A DNA stretch of 64,000 bases from Bacilli bacterium (lineage in GTDB: Bacteria; Bacillota_I; Bacilli_A; RF39; UBA660), in contig JAFUBO010000005.1 in NCBI GenBank assembly GCA_017460175.1, positions 21,082-85,081 on the forward strand, in the 5' to 3' direction. The notes beneath the pieces were generated by a model. It was not told the origin of the DNA, did not search any database, and saw only the letters and a list, made by a program, of their open reading frames with translations. Shown here in pieces: positions 38,682-48,986 of the stretch. Position numbers and translations under genes: made by a program. Position 1 is the first letter of the stretch. Every line of letters starts with the position of its first letter.

Positions 38682-38933
38682 ATGAAAGATAAAATTGCTA
38701 GTTTAGTAAATGATGAGATCAAAGATTTAAATGTTTTTGTTGATGATGCATTTACTAGTTCTGAAGAAGGGAAAAAGATATTTAATATTGTCCTTGATAG
38801 TGAAGAAATTATTGATTTAAACAAAATAACTGAAGCCTCAAGAATAATAAATAAAATAATGGATAATAATGCTAATTTATTAGAAGATATTGATGAATTA
38901 GATATTTATTCAAAAGAAAAGGGAGATAATTAA
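38682..38933 (+). CDS. rimP: short RimP-like ribosome maturation factor (N-terminal domain only)
   Basis: Sits immediately upstream of nusA, as rimP/ylxS does. It is 83 aa, against ~150 aa for typical RimP. Confidence 0.45.
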   Translation: MKDKIASLVNDEIKDLNVFVDDAFTSSEEGKKIFNIVLDSEEIIDLNKITEASRIINKIMDNNANLLEDIDELDIYSKEKGDN

Positions 38934-38934
38934 G

Positions 38935-40137
38935 ATGGACAAAATGAATGGTAAAGAATTTAAAAAAGCATTAGATAACATAGTAGCAGAAAAAGATATA
39001 GATCCAGAAGTAGTATATAGTGCTATGGAGTTAGCTTTAACTTCTGCTTATAAAAAGAATTTTAATTCTAAAACTAATGTAAAAGTATTATTTGATCGTA
39101 ATACAGGTGATATTAAAGTATATTCATTTCTTACTGTTGTTCCTGATGATAAGATGACAAAAGAAGAATATGATGATGCTTTATTTGAAAAATATGCTGA
39201 TGATGAAGAACTTGATACTGAAAAAGAAGATAAAAATGAAGAAAAAGAAGAAGAAAGTGAAAAAGAAACTATTTCATTCTTTAATCCTGAAACAGAAATT
39301 AAGTTAAGTGATGCTAAGAAAATTGATAAGACATTAGAAATTGGAGATACTATTGATACAGAAGTTACTCCACATGATTTTGGTAGAGTTGCTGCTAGTA
39401 CTGCAAAACAAGTAGTAGTTCAAAAAATACGTGAAGCTGAAAGAAATAGTATAATGGATGATTTTGGAGATAAACAAGATGAATTACTAATTGGTACAGT
39501 TGCTTTAGAAGATACTGATAATTACTTTATTGATTTAGGTAGAACTAATGGTATTTTACCTAAGAAAGATTGTATTCCAGGAGAAAAAATTGAAATGGGA
39601 AGTCAGATTAAAGTATATGTATCTAAAGTAGACAATAATGGTAAGAATTTATTAATTCTTTTAAGTAGAACTCACTATGGTTTTGTTAAAAGATTATTTG
39701 AACTTGAAATACCTGAAATAAATGATGGTACAGTAATGATTTATAGTGTTGCAAGAGATGCTGGAAATCGTAGTAAAGTTGCAGTATATTCAGATAATCC
39801 TAATGTAGATCCAATTGGTGCTTGTATTGGTGAAAAAGGAAGCAGAATTGCTAGAATTATAGAAGAATTACATGGTGAAAAATTAGATGTAGTTAAATAT
39901 GATTCTGATCCTGCTGTATTTATTGAAAATGCATTATCACCTGCAAAAGAATTAACAGTGGCTATTACAGATCCTAAAAAGTTAGAGGCGATGGTTATAG
40001 CTGATGGTGATAATTTCTCATTGGCTATTGGTAAAAAAGGACAAAATGCTCGTCTTGCGACACGTTTAACTAAATTCAAAAAGATTGATATTAAGACAAG
40101 TGAACAAGCACGTGAAGCAGGAATTAATTTTAGATAG
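38935..40137 (+). CDS. nusA: transcription termination/antitermination factor NusA (with acidic insert)
   Basis: N-terminal domain, S1 and two KH regions (IGACIGEKGSRIARI, GKKGQNARLA). An acidic DEE-rich insert lies at ~aa 75-110. Confidence 0.9.
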   Translation: MDKMNGKEFKKALDNIVAEKDIDPEVVYSAMELALTSAYKKNFNSKTNVKVLFDRNTGDIKVYSFLTVVPDDKMTKEEYDDALFEKYADDEELDTEKEDKNEEKEEESEKETISFFNPETEIKLSDAKKIDKTLEIGDTIDTEVTPHDFGRVAASTAKQVVVQKIREAERNSIMDDFGDKQDELLIGTVALEDTDNYFIDLGRTNGILPKKDCIPGEKIEMGSQIKVYVSKVDNNGKNLLILLSRTHYGFVKRLFELEIPEINDGTVMIYSVARDAGNRSKVAVYSDNPNVDPIGACIGEKGSRIARIIEELHGEKLDVVKYDSDPAVFIENALSPAKELTVAITDPKKLEAMVIADGDNFSLAIGKKGQNARLATRLTKFKKIDIKTSEQAREAGINFR

Positions 40138-40145
40138 AGGTTATT

Positions 40146-40409
40146 ATGAAAAATAGAAAAATACCTGTAAGAACATGTGTAGTTACACAAGAGGCTTTTC
40201 CAAAAAGTGAATTACTTCGTATAGTTCGTACTCCAGAAGGAGATATTGAAGTAGATGAATCTGGAAAATTAAATGGAAGAGGAGCATATATAAAAAAAGA
40301 TTTAGATGTATTAGAAAAAGCTATGAAATCTAAGATTTTAGAAAAAAGATTAGAATGTAAAATAGAGGATTCGATATATGAAACAATAAAAAATATAATA
40401 GAAAAGTGA
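40146..40409 (+). CDS. ylxR: YlxR family RNA-binding protein (DUF448)
   Basis: IP.RTCV....F.K.EL.R.V......EVD..GK..GRGAY matches YlxR. Sits in the canonical nusA-ylxR-infB position. Confidence 0.75.
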   Translation: MKNRKIPVRTCVVTQEAFPKSELLRIVRTPEGDIEVDESGKLNGRGAYIKKDLDVLEKAMKSKILEKRLECKIEDSIYETIKNIIEK

Positions 40410-40423
40410 GGTGGTCAATAGTG

Positions 40424-42568
40424 ATGACATTAGAAGATTATGCTAATGACGTTGGTAAAACAACAGAAGAGATTAAAGCTTTATGTGATAAAATTGGAAT
40501 TACTTACCAAGACGAAAATACATTATTAGATGATATTAGTATTACTCTTTTAGATAATGAAATGCAAGATGCTGAAGATTATGTAGAAGGAGATATTGAA
40601 GACTTAGAGGAAAAAAGACTAGAAGAAGAAGTAAAATTATCTGCAGAAGAGTTAGCACAAGATACTAGAATAGATATGGATAATGAACAGTCATTCACTA
40701 AAGTTAAACAAAATAAACGTGGTGAGATTAAAAAAACTGAGGCTGTTAAAAAAGATTTCTTAAAAGAAAGAAAGAAAATGTACAAAAATAAAGAAAAACT
40801 TCAAAGTAATGAAACAGTACAAGATGAAAATGTTATTCTTTATAAAGATGGTATGACAGTTACAGAACTTGCTAATGCTTTAGATGTAGCACCAGTTGAA
40901 CTTGTTAAAAAATGTATGGGTTTAGGTGTTATGGCAAGTGTTAATCAATCAATTGATTTTGATACGGCAGAAATATTAGTAACTGATTATAGTAAGATAT
41001 TAAAGAAAGAAGAACAAGCTGATATTTCTAATTTTGAAAACTATGAAATAGAAGATAAAACTGAGGATTTAATTGAAAGACCTCCGGTAGTTACTATTAT
41101 GGGTCATGTTGATCATGGTAAAACTACACTTCTTGATTACATTAGAAAAAGTGATGTAGTTAGTGGAGAAGCAGGAGGAATTACTCAAGCAATTGGAGCA
41201 TATTCAGTTAAATGTAATGGTAAGGTAATTACATTTATTGATACTCCAGGACATGCTGCATTTACAGAAATGCGTGCACGTGGAGCTCAAATTACAGATA
41301 TAGTTATTATAATAGTAGCTGCAGATGATGGTGTTATGCCTCAAACTAAGGAGGCAATTGATCATGCTAAAGCAGCAGGTGTTCCAATAATTGTAGCTAT
41401 TAACAAGATAGATAAGCCAGAAGCTAATATTGATAAAGTAATGGCAGGTTTGGTTGAAAATGGTCTTACTCCTGAAGAATGGGGAGGAGATATTGTAGTT
41501 AATAAAATATCTGCTAAGAGTGGATTAGGTGTAGATGAATTATTAGAAAATATCTTATTAGTTGCTGAAATGCAAGAATATAAAGCTAATCCAAATAGAT
41601 ATGCAACTGGAGCAGTAGTAGAAGCTAGAAAAGATTCTAAAGTTGGTTCTATTGCTACATTATTAATTCAAAATGGTACTCTTCGTTTAGGTGATCCAAT
41701 TGTTATTGGTAACTATGCAGGAAAGGTACGTACTTTAAAAAATGATAAAGGTCAAAATATCGTAGAAGCAGGTCCATCTACACCCGTAGAAGTAACAGGA
41801 ATTAGTGAAGTTGCAACTGCTGGAGATAAATTTATGGCTTTTGAATCTGAAAAGAAAGCTAAAGAAATTGCAGAAGCTAGAGCATTAAGATCTAAAGAAA
41901 AAGATACTAACTTTAGTGGAATGAGCCTTGAAGACTTATTCGGAAGAATAAAAGAGGGTGAAAAAGAAATTAATGTAGTACTTAAAGCTGATGTTAATGG
42001 TAGTTTAGAAGCAGTTAAAAATGCGTTAGAGAAGATTAATATTGAGGGAGTTAGTGTTAAAGTAATTCGTGGTGGCGTAGGTGCTATTACTGAAAGTGAT
42101 GTTGTACTTGCTAGTGCTTCAAGTGCATTAATAATTGGTTTTAATGTACGTGCTAATTCATCAACATTTGATATGGCAAAACAATATGGTATTGATATTA
42201 AAACATATGATATTATTTATAAAGTAGTAGAAGATATGGAAAATGCTATGAAAGGTATGCTAGATCCAGAATATGAAGAAAAAGTAATTGGTACACTTGA
42301 AATTAGACAAATATTTAAATTCTCAAAAGTTGGTTTAATAGCAGGATGCCATGTAACTAGCGGACTTGTTAAAATTAATTCTAAAGCACGAATTATAAGA
42401 GATGATATAGTTGTTTATAATGGTTCTATTAAAACATTACAACATGAAAAAGAACAAGTAAAAGAAATGAAAAAAGATATGGATTGTGGTGTTACACTTG
42501 ATGCTTGCCAAGACTATAAAGAAGGAGACATCATAGAAGTATACGAATTAGTTGAAATTAAAAGATAA
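40424..42568 (+). CDS. infB: translation initiation factor IF-2
   Basis: G-domain motifs GHVDHGKTTLLD, DTPGH and NKID, plus the C-terminal beta-barrels. ATG at 40424. Confidence 0.9.
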   Translation: MTLEDYANDVGKTTEEIKALCDKIGITYQDENTLLDDISITLLDNEMQDAEDYVEGDIEDLEEKRLEEEVKLSAEELAQDTRIDMDNEQSFTKVKQNKRGEIKKTEAVKKDFLKERKKMYKNKEKLQSNETVQDENVILYKDGMTVTELANALDVAPVELVKKCMGLGVMASVNQSIDFDTAEILVTDYSKILKKEEQADISNFENYEIEDKTEDLIERPPVVTIMGHVDHGKTTLLDYIRKSDVVSGEAGGITQAIGAYSVKCNGKVITFIDTPGHAAFTEMRARGAQITDIVIIIVAADDGVMPQTKEAIDHAKAAGVPIIVAINKIDKPEANIDKVMAGLVENGLTPEEWGGDIVVNKISAKSGLGVDELLENILLVAEMQEYKANPNRYATGAVVEARKDSKVGSIATLLIQNGTLRLGDPIVIGNYAGKVRTLKNDKGQNIVEAGPSTPVEVTGISEVATAGDKFMAFESEKKAKEIAEARALRSKEKDTNFSGMSLEDLFGRIKEGEKEINVVLKADVNGSLEAVKNALEKINIEGVSVKVIRGGVGAITESDVVLASASSALIIGFNVRANSSTFDMAKQYGIDIKTYDIIYKVVEDMENAMKGMLDPEYEEKVIGTLEIRQIFKFSKVGLIAGCHVTSGLVKINSKARIIRDDIVVYNGSIKTLQHEKEQVKEMKKDMDCGVTLDACQDYKEGDIIEVYELVEIKR

Positions 42569-42582
42569 TATAGGGTGATATT

Positions 42583-42927
42583 ATGAGTATAAAAATACAA
42601 AGGTTGAATCATGCTATTCAAGAAGAAATTAGTATGATATTGATGAAAGAAATAAAAGATAGTAATATTAAATTTGTAACAATAACAGGTGTTGATACTA
42701 CTAATGATTTAAGTTTTTCAAAAGTATATTATACAGTACTTAATAAAGAAAAAATGGTTGAAACTAAAGAGGCTTTAGAAAAAGCATCATCATTTATAAG
42801 AACAAAGTTAGCAGAAAGAATTGATATAAGACATACTCCAGAATTAAAATTTATTTATGATACATCTATTGCTTATGGAGAACATATAGAAGAATTAATT
42901 GAAAAAATAAAAGAGGAAGATAAATAA
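42583..42927 (+). CDS. rbfA: ribosome-binding factor A
   Basis: 114 aa. R.N..I.EEIS.IL..EIKD......TIT.V..T.DL...KVY is an RbfA KH-like motif. Confidence 0.85.
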   Translation: MSIKIQRLNHAIQEEISMILMKEIKDSNIKFVTITGVDTTNDLSFSKVYYTVLNKEKMVETKEALEKASSFIRTKLAERIDIRHTPELKFIYDTSIAYGEHIEELIEKIKEEDK

Positions 42928-42984
42928 CTTTCTCTTTTATTATTTTATTTGTTGTGTTAAAATTAAGATGATAGGAGTGATGAT

Positions 42985-43626
42985 ATGAAAAAAGTATTAT
43001 TAATATTAGTATTATTATTGTTTCCAATGATTGTAAATGCTAAAACTCCAAATTTAGAAGAAACATTAAAAGTAATTAAGAATATTGAAAATGTTTTAGT
43101 TGATGAAAATATAAAAATTGAATCTACTAGTGTTGATGATAATAATATTATTTTTAATATAAATGGTGAAAAAAAGATGATACCATATGAATTTAAAAAT
43201 AATAAGTTTTCATTTACGGGAGGTAGTTTTATCATTAATAATGATAAGAAGATAGTTGGAGAAATAAAAGATAACGAATATGCTTTCTATCTATATTCAA
43301 TATTAGAAAATAAGTCAACGATACCATATGATATTAATAATTATTATAATAATGATAATATAATTAAATTGGTTAATGAAAATTATAAAGATAATTATAT
43401 CGAAGATACAAATACTTTTGGTATTACTTTAAAAAATTCTGCTAATAAAGTAACAATAGTATATGATTATTATTTAGATGGTGATTATCCTGTGTTAGAA
43501 ATAGAAAATTTAACTGATGATTTAAAAAATCCAGCTACAGGTAATATTAGTTTGTTGATAACGATAATGTTGATATCAGTTGTTTTAATAGGTGCATATA
43601 CTTGTTTAGGATCTAGAAAAGAATAA
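42985..43626 (+). CDS. secreted protein with C-terminal PxTG-like sorting signal (NPATG + TM + basic tail)
   Basis: Signal peptide MKKVLLILVLLLFPMIVNA. C-terminus KNPATGNISLLITIMLISVVLIGAYTCLGSRKE. Confidence 0.45.
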   Translation: MKKVLLILVLLLFPMIVNAKTPNLEETLKVIKNIENVLVDENIKIESTSVDDNNIIFNINGEKKMIPYEFKNNKFSFTGGSFIINNDKKIVGEIKDNEYAFYLYSILENKSTIPYDINNYYNNDNIIKLVNENYKDNYIEDTNTFGITLKNSANKVTIVYDYYLDGDYPVLEIENLTDDLKNPATGNISLLITIMLISVVLIGAYTCLGSRKE

Positions 43627-43632
43627 ATAGAG

Positions 43633-44202
43633 GTGTTTATGAAAAAAAACCAAGATATTGTATATAATGATTGTTGGATATTTATTTTACTTTTAACGAC
43701 TTTGGTTATATTAACAGAGTCAATGAAAGTATATACTTTTAATATTTTTGAAATTGATTTAACATATGCATTGTTTTTATTACCATTTTCATATTTTATA
43801 GTTAATTATATAGCTAAAAAATATGATTATAAAAAAGCTATTGCAGCTATCGCAATATCAGGTGTTATATTTGTTAGTTTTACATGTATAATATCATATT
43901 TAGTTAGTAATAATTTAATGCTTGATAGTATAGCTGGTGAACTTTGCGCATATGTAGTTAGTCAGTTTATTAATTTAACTATTTATATGTTTTTATTAAA
44001 TAACACTCCTTCCTTATTTGTATTAGTGTTGTTTAATTATTTATTTGCTTTAGTTGTATATTATATGATTTATACATTACTATATTTAAATATGGTTGTT
44101 GGAGATACTTATTGGATTGGGTATTTTATTACGTTAATTATTCAATTTATATTGTGCATTATAATTACAATAATAGATAAAAAAATAAAAAGAGGGCAAT
44201 AA
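43633..44202 (+). CDS. polytopic membrane protein (possibly VUT/YhhQ-like transporter)
   Basis: Five or six TM helices. Weak resemblance only. Confidence 0.35.
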   Translation: MFMKKNQDIVYNDCWIFILLLTTLVILTESMKVYTFNIFEIDLTYALFLLPFSYFIVNYIAKKYDYKKAIAAIAISGVIFVSFTCIISYLVSNNLMLDSIAGELCAYVVSQFINLTIYMFLLNNTPSLFVLVLFNYLFALVVYYMIYTLLYLNMVVGDTYWIGYFITLIIQFILCIIITIIDKKIKRGQ

Positions 44203-44232
44203 AAAATAGGATTTAAATCCTATTTTTTTATA
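44203..44232. terminator. bidirectional terminator between convergent genes (taggatttaaatccta flanked by A and T runs)
   Basis: Perfect palindrome flanked by a6 and t7. Confidence 0.6.
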
Positions 44233-44929
44233 TCATTAATGAAGTAAATATTGAGAGCATTATTAATATTAAATTGTGAGTAGTATGCATGAATATTGAA
44301 GTAAATATATTATTTGTTTTATAGTAAGAATAGGCAAATGCTGCACCTAAAGCTCCATATGGAATTATATATAAATAATCAGTTAATACTTTTGTGCTAC
44401 TAATTACATGTGCACCACCAAATAATAAGAATGATAATATTATAAATATCCATTTATTATCAAATATGTCTTTAAGTGTTTTTCTAAATACTATTTCTTC
44501 ATTGAATGGAGCAAGTATACCAGCATCAATAATCATTAATACAGGAAAAGCTTTTATCATAGCTTGTACTGTTTTTTCATTATTAGCCCCACCTATTTTG
44601 AATACAAAATTAAGAATAAAATTTGTAATCATCATGACTAATATACCAATCATCCAATATCTAAAACCAATGTTTGTATATTCTTCTTTATTCTTAATAA
44701 AATTTTTAAAATCTTTCTTTAATTCTTTTCTGTATATTAAAAAGTATATAAAAAATAGTATAAGAGTAGAGAATGTTGATAATACAGTAATAGTTGTATT
44801 ACTCATATTTTTTATATCTAATTTGAAAATATAAATTGGTATATATTGAAGAAATTTGCTATACCAAAAAATTAGAAATACTAATATTCCTCTTATTATA
44901 TAATTTATCTTTTTATCTATCATTTTCAT
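44228..44929 (-). CDS. CPBP family intramembrane metalloprotease (CAAX protease/Abi-like)
   Basis: EE..FR motif (FNEEIVFRKTL), F...H (FGGAHV) and H...N (FMHTTHNL) across TM helices. Confidence 0.75.
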   Translation of the reverse strand: MKMIDKKINYIIRGILVFLIFWYSKFLQYIPIYIFKLDIKNMSNTTITVLSTFSTLILFFIYFLIYRKELKKDFKNFIKNKEEYTNIGFRYWMIGILVMMITNFILNFVFKIGGANNEKTVQAMIKAFPVLMIIDAGILAPFNEEIVFRKTLKDIFDNKWIFIILSFLLFGGAHVISSTKVLTDYLYIIPYGALGAAFAYSYYKTNNIFTSIFMHTTHNLILIMLSIFTSLMI

Positions 44930-45016
44930 ATAATCACCATAATAAGAATATCATAAAATATTTAAAAATAAAAGATATAGATTAGTATTAAAATTTTATA
45001 AACATTATAATAATAC

Positions 45017-45126
45017 TTGCAAAAAACTTATAAAAGTAGTATAATCCTAGTAGTTGCCGGTACTCAGAGTAAGAATTTCCGACTTACCCTTAGTTCCAGG
45101 TGAATTATAAGAAAGGAAGTGTAAGA
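45017..45126 (+). promoter_or_regulatory. sigma-A promoter (TTGCAA-17-TATAAT) and ~80-nt rpsO leader
   Basis: ttgcaa at 45017-45022, tataat at 45040-45045. The leader may carry an S15 autoregulatory structure. Not folded here. Confidence 0.45.
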
Positions 45127-45396
45127 ATGGCTCTAACAAAAGAGGCAAAACAAGATATCATCAAGAAATTTGCAAAGAGTAAAAATGATACTGGTTCTGC
45201 AGAAGTTCAAATAGCAATTTTAACACAAGAAATTAATGAATTAACAGAACATTTAAAAGTACATATTCACGATTATCATTCTCGTAGAGGTCTTCTTAAA
45301 AAAGTTGGTCAACGTAGAAATATGTTACAATACTTAGCTAAGAAAGATATTCAAAGTTATCGTGAAGTAATTAAAAAATTAGGATTAAGAAAGTAG
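45127..45396 (+). CDS. rpsO: 30S ribosomal protein S15
   Basis: MALTKE.K..II..F....DTGS.EVQIA.LT..I..LT.HLK.H..D.HSRRGLL..V..RR.LL.YL matches S15. Confidence 0.9.
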   Translation: MALTKEAKQDIIKKFAKSKNDTGSAEVQIAILTQEINELTEHLKVHIHDYHSRRGLLKKVGQRRNMLQYLAKKDIQSYREVIKKLGLRK

Positions 45397-45424
45397 ACAC
45401 AAATTTTTTCGTGTCTATTTTTTT
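45394..45424 (+). terminator. rpsO-pnp intergenic hairpin (partial terminator/processing site)
   Basis: tagacac-aaattttttc-gtgtcta followed by T7. Confidence 0.6.
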
Positions 45425-45440
45425 GGAAAAGAGGTAATTT

Positions 45441-47621
45441 ATGAAAAGTAAGAAAAAGGTATTTGAATTAGATTTCTATGGTAGAAAAATAGTTGTTGAA
45501 CATGGTGAACTTGCTAAACAAGCTGATGGTGCAGTGCTTGTAAGATACAATGATACAGTTATTTTAACTGCAGCAGTTGTTTCTAAGAGTGTTAATCTTT
45601 TATCAGATTTTTTCCCATTAACAGTTAACTATCAAGAAAAATTATATTCAGTAGGTAAAATCCCTGGTGGATTTATTAAAAGAGAAAGTAGACCAAGTGA
45701 AGCTGCAACATTAGCTGCACGTATGATTGATAGACCAATGCGTCCATTATTCCCAGAAGGATTTAAAAATGAAGTACAAGTTATTTCTACAGTTTTATCA
45801 GTAGATCAAGATTGTTCTCCAGAATTAACTGCTATGTTAGCTTCAAGTTTAGCAGTATCTATTTCAAAAATTCCATTTAATGGACCAATTGCTGGTGTTA
45901 AAGTTGGTAGAGTAGATGGAAAATTTGTAATTAACCCAACTCCAGAAGAATTAGAAAGAAGTGAGTTAGAGTTAACAGTTGCTGGTACAAAAGATGCAAT
46001 TAACATGGTAGAATCAAGTGCTAAACAAGTTAGTGAAGACATTATGTTAGAAGCATTAATGTTTGGACATAAAGCAATTAAAGAATTAATTAAGTTTGAA
46101 GAGAAAATCATCAAAGAAATTGGTGTAGAAAAAATGGAATATGAAACTTTAGTTCCTGAAGAAGAATTAGTAGAAAGAATTAAAGGATTAGTAACTAAGA
46201 GAATGGATAAAGCTCTTAGAATTAAGGATAAGTTAAAAAAATATGCTGAGATTGATGCAATTAAAGAAGAAATGAATGACTTATTTACAAAAGAAAATGA
46301 AGATACAATGAAAGAACAAGAATTAAAAGAATTATTAGTTAAAGTTCAAATGGTTGTATCTGATATTGAATATGAATTATTCAGAAGTATCGTAGTTAAA
46401 GAAAAAATAAGAGCTGATGGAAGAAAGATGGATGAAATTAGACCACTTTCAACTGATATTGATTTATTACCAAGAACTCATGGTTCTGCATTATTCACAA
46501 GAGGTGAGACTCAAGCTTTATCTATTACTACATTAGGTGCATTAAATGAGCATCAAGTAATAGATGGTTTATCTATGGAAGATCAAAAACGTTTCATGTT
46601 ACATTATAACTTTCCACAATTTTCAGTTGGAGAAACTGGAAGATATGGTGCTCCAGGAAGACGTGAAATTGGTCATGGTGCTTTAGGAGAAAAGGCTCTA
46701 GCTCAAGTTATTCCAAGTGAAGATGAATTTCCATATACAATTCGTGTTGTATCTGAAATTCTTGAATCTAATGGTTCATCATCTCAAGCAAGTATTTGTG
46801 CTGGATGTATGTCTCTAATGGCTGCAGGTGTTCCTATTAAAGCACCAGTTGCTGGTATCGCAATGGGATTAATCACACATGGTGATGATTATATAATTTT
46901 AACAGATATTCAAGGTATGGAAGATCATTTAGGTGATATGGACTTTAAAGTAGCTGGTACTGAAGATGGTATTACTGCACTTCAAATGGATATCAAAATA
47001 AGTGGTATCAATGAGCAAATCTTAAAAGAAGCTTTAGCTCAAGCTAAGAAAGCTCGTATGGAAATTTTAAAAGTAATTAAAAAACAAATTAAAGAACCTC
47101 GTAAAGAAGTTAGTAAATATGCTCCTAAGATGGTTACATTTAATATTAATCCATTAAAGATTAAAGATGTAATCGGAAAAGGTGGAGAAATGATTACTAA
47201 GATTATTTGTGAAGCTTCAGGAGTTAATGAAGTTACAAATATAAATGCTGTTAAAGTAGAGTTAGAAGACGATGGTAGAGTAATTATCTATCATTCAGAC
47301 CAAGCTATTATTGATAAGACTCGTGCTATGATTGAAGAAATAGTAAGAGAAGTAGAAGTTGGAAAAGTTTATGAAGCTAAAGTAGTAAAAGTTGAAGACT
47401 TTGGATGTTTTGTTCAATTATGGCCAGGTTGTGAAGGTATGGTACATGTTTCTCAACTTGCTCATGAAAGAGTTGATAAAGCAGGAGATGTTGTTAAAGT
47501 AGGCGATGAAATAATCGTTAAGGCTTTAGGTACAGACAAAAAAGGTAGACAAAATTTTTCAAGAAAAGATGCATTACCAGTTCCAAAGAAAAAAGAAAAA
47601 AAGGAAGTTACTGAAAAGTAA
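45441..47621 (+). CDS. pnp: polyribonucleotide nucleotidyltransferase (PNPase)
   Basis: Two RNase PH domains, KH (IKDVIGKGG) and S1 ([20 protein letters not shown]). Basic K-rich C-terminal tail. Confidence 0.9.
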   Translation: MKSKKKVFELDFYGRKIVVEHGELAKQADGAVLVRYNDTVILTAAVVSKSVNLLSDFFPLTVNYQEKLYSVGKIPGGFIKRESRPSEAATLAARMIDRPMRPLFPEGFKNEVQVISTVLSVDQDCSPELTAMLASSLAVSISKIPFNGPIAGVKVGRVDGKFVINPTPEELERSELELTVAGTKDAINMVESSAKQVSEDIMLEALMFGHKAIKELIKFEEKIIKEIGVEKMEYETLVPEEELVERIKGLVTKRMDKALRIKDKLKKYAEIDAIKEEMNDLFTKENEDTMKEQELKELLVKVQMVVSDIEYELFRSIVVKEKIRADGRKMDEIRPLSTDIDLLPRTHGSALFTRGETQALSITTLGALNEHQVIDGLSMEDQKRFMLHYNFPQFSVGETGRYGAPGRREIGHGALGEKALAQVIPSEDEFPYTIRVVSEILESNGSSSQASICAGCMSLMAAGVPIKAPVAGIAMGLITHGDDYIILTDIQGMEDHLGDMDFKVAGTEDGITALQMDIKISGINEQILKEALAQAKKARMEILKVIKKQIKEPRKEVSKYAPKMVTFNINPLKIKDVIGKGGEMITKIICEASGVNEVTNINAVKVELEDDGRVIIYHSDQAIIDKTRAMIEEIVREVEVGKVYEAKVVKVEDFGCFVQLWPGCEGMVHVSQLAHERVDKAGDVVKVGDEIIVKALGTDKKGRQNFSRKDALPVPKKKEKKEVTEK

Positions 47622-47669
47622 TTCCTTTTTTTATATATTTGTGTTATAGTACAAGTAGGAGGGCTTTAT

Positions 47670-48056
47670 ATGGGTGAATTTATCAGAAGACTTATACGTT
47701 GGATTATTTTTATAATTATTGTTGTGCTATTTATATTACTAATCATAAAACTTGCTAATAAGAATAATACTACTAAAAAAACAAAAAGGGTTTTAAATAC
47801 AGGTGTTGAGAAAATAAAAAAAGAAAAGAATAAATTTAGTAATGACAAAAAAAGTAAAAAGAATATAAATAGTAATTCTACAAAAGATAATAAAGAAACA
47901 ATAAATAAAGATAATGATAGTAATAATATTGTTACTTCAACATTAGAAGTAAATACTCCAGATACTGGTACAGATAGTTACTTATATATATTAGGTGTTG
48001 CAGTAATTAGTAGTGGAGTATATTATATTTACAAAAACAGAGAATTAAGTAATTAA
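47670..48056 (+). CDS. small Lys-rich surface protein with N-terminal TM/signal and C-terminal PxTG-like sorting signal (TPDTG + TM + KNRELSN)
   Basis: RBS gtaggaggg. C-terminus NTPDTGTDSYLYILGVAVISSGVYYIYKNRELSN. Confidence 0.45.
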   Translation: MGEFIRRLIRWIIFIIIVVLFILLIIKLANKNNTTKKTKRVLNTGVEKIKKEKNKFSNDKKSKKNINSNSTKDNKETINKDNDSNNIVTSTLEVNTPDTGTDSYLYILGVAVISSGVYYIYKNRELSN

Positions 48057-48081
48057 AGATTCATTATTGAATCTTTTTTTC
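48057..48081 (+). terminator. rho-independent terminator
   Basis: agattca-ttat-tgaatct followed by T7. Confidence 0.6.
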
Positions 48082-48103
48082 ATATATATTAATAGGTGAG
48101 ATT

Positions 48104-48952
48104 ATGAATAAAACTATTAGAAGATTATTTGTAATACTATTATTAATGTTTAGTTTTTATTATACTAATAGAATAATAGATTTTTTGAAAGAACAAGATC
48201 CTATTATGAAAGAAATAAAAAAAACAAAAGATAAATATAAAATTAAATCAGTAAATGCTAAAATAATAGATAATAATATGATACCTGGTAAAGATGGAAA
48301 AAATATTGATTATAAAAAATCTTATAATAAAATGAAGCATTATGGTATGTATAATGAATCATTAACTGTTTTGAAGGAAGTAAAACCAGAAATTTCAATA
48401 GATGATAATTATGACAAGTATATAATTAGTGGTAATGAAGATAGTAGAAGTGTATCATTGGTTTTTGTTGTAAAAAAAGAAGATAATATAGATAAAATAT
48501 TAAAAATATTAGAAAAAGAAAAAGTATCAGGCAATTTTTTTATAGATGGTACTTATTTAGAAAATAATGTATTAAAATTAAAAAGTATGGAAAATCATGA
48601 AATAGAAATATTAAGTTATGATAATTCATATAATAAATCTTTATTTGAAACATCTATATCGTATTTAGAAAATATAGTGAATGATGATGTTAAATATTGT
48701 TATAGTGAAAAAGATAATAATAAATTAATTGATTTGTGTAAAAAAAATAAACTTCATACTATAAAACCTACACTAATTATTAAAAAGAATTTATATATGC
48801 AAGTTAAACAAAATTTAAGTAATGGAATTATTGTTTCTATTGATATTAATAATTATAATGAAAAAGAATTAATCCCAACAATAGATTATATAATTGAAAA
48901 AGGTTATAAAATAGTAAAATTAAATGAATTGTTATCTGAAAAAGACATGTAA
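48104..48952 (+). CDS. polysaccharide deacetylase family protein (NodB homology; YlxY/PdaB-like sporulation protein)
   Basis: N-terminal TM. NodB-like segment (SLVFVV..., FFIDGTYLENN). Sits downstream of pnp, as ylxY does in B. subtilis. Confidence 0.65.
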   Translation: MNKTIRRLFVILLLMFSFYYTNRIIDFLKEQDPIMKEIKKTKDKYKIKSVNAKIIDNNMIPGKDGKNIDYKKSYNKMKHYGMYNESLTVLKEVKPEISIDDNYDKYIISGNEDSRSVSLVFVVKKEDNIDKILKILEKEKVSGNFFIDGTYLENNVLKLKSMENHEIEILSYDNSYNKSLFETSISYLENIVNDDVKYCYSEKDNNKLIDLCKKNKLHTIKPTLIIKKNLYMQVKQNLSNGIIVSIDINNYNEKELIPTIDYIIEKGYKIVKLNELLSEKDM

Positions 48953-48986
48953 ATAGAAATGTAAATTAACAATAATATACATTTTT

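Noticed and set aside
44394-44834. Plus-strand 146-aa ORF
   Set aside because: Antisense to the CPBP protease gene, which has clear EExxxR, FxxxH and HxxxN motifs on the minus strand.
45806-46114. Minus-strand 102-aa ORF
   Set aside because: Antisense inside pnp, whose conserved domains run in-frame on the + strand.
47666-47848. Minus-strand 60-aa ORF
   Set aside because: Antisense to the RBS-supported 47670-48056 CDS.
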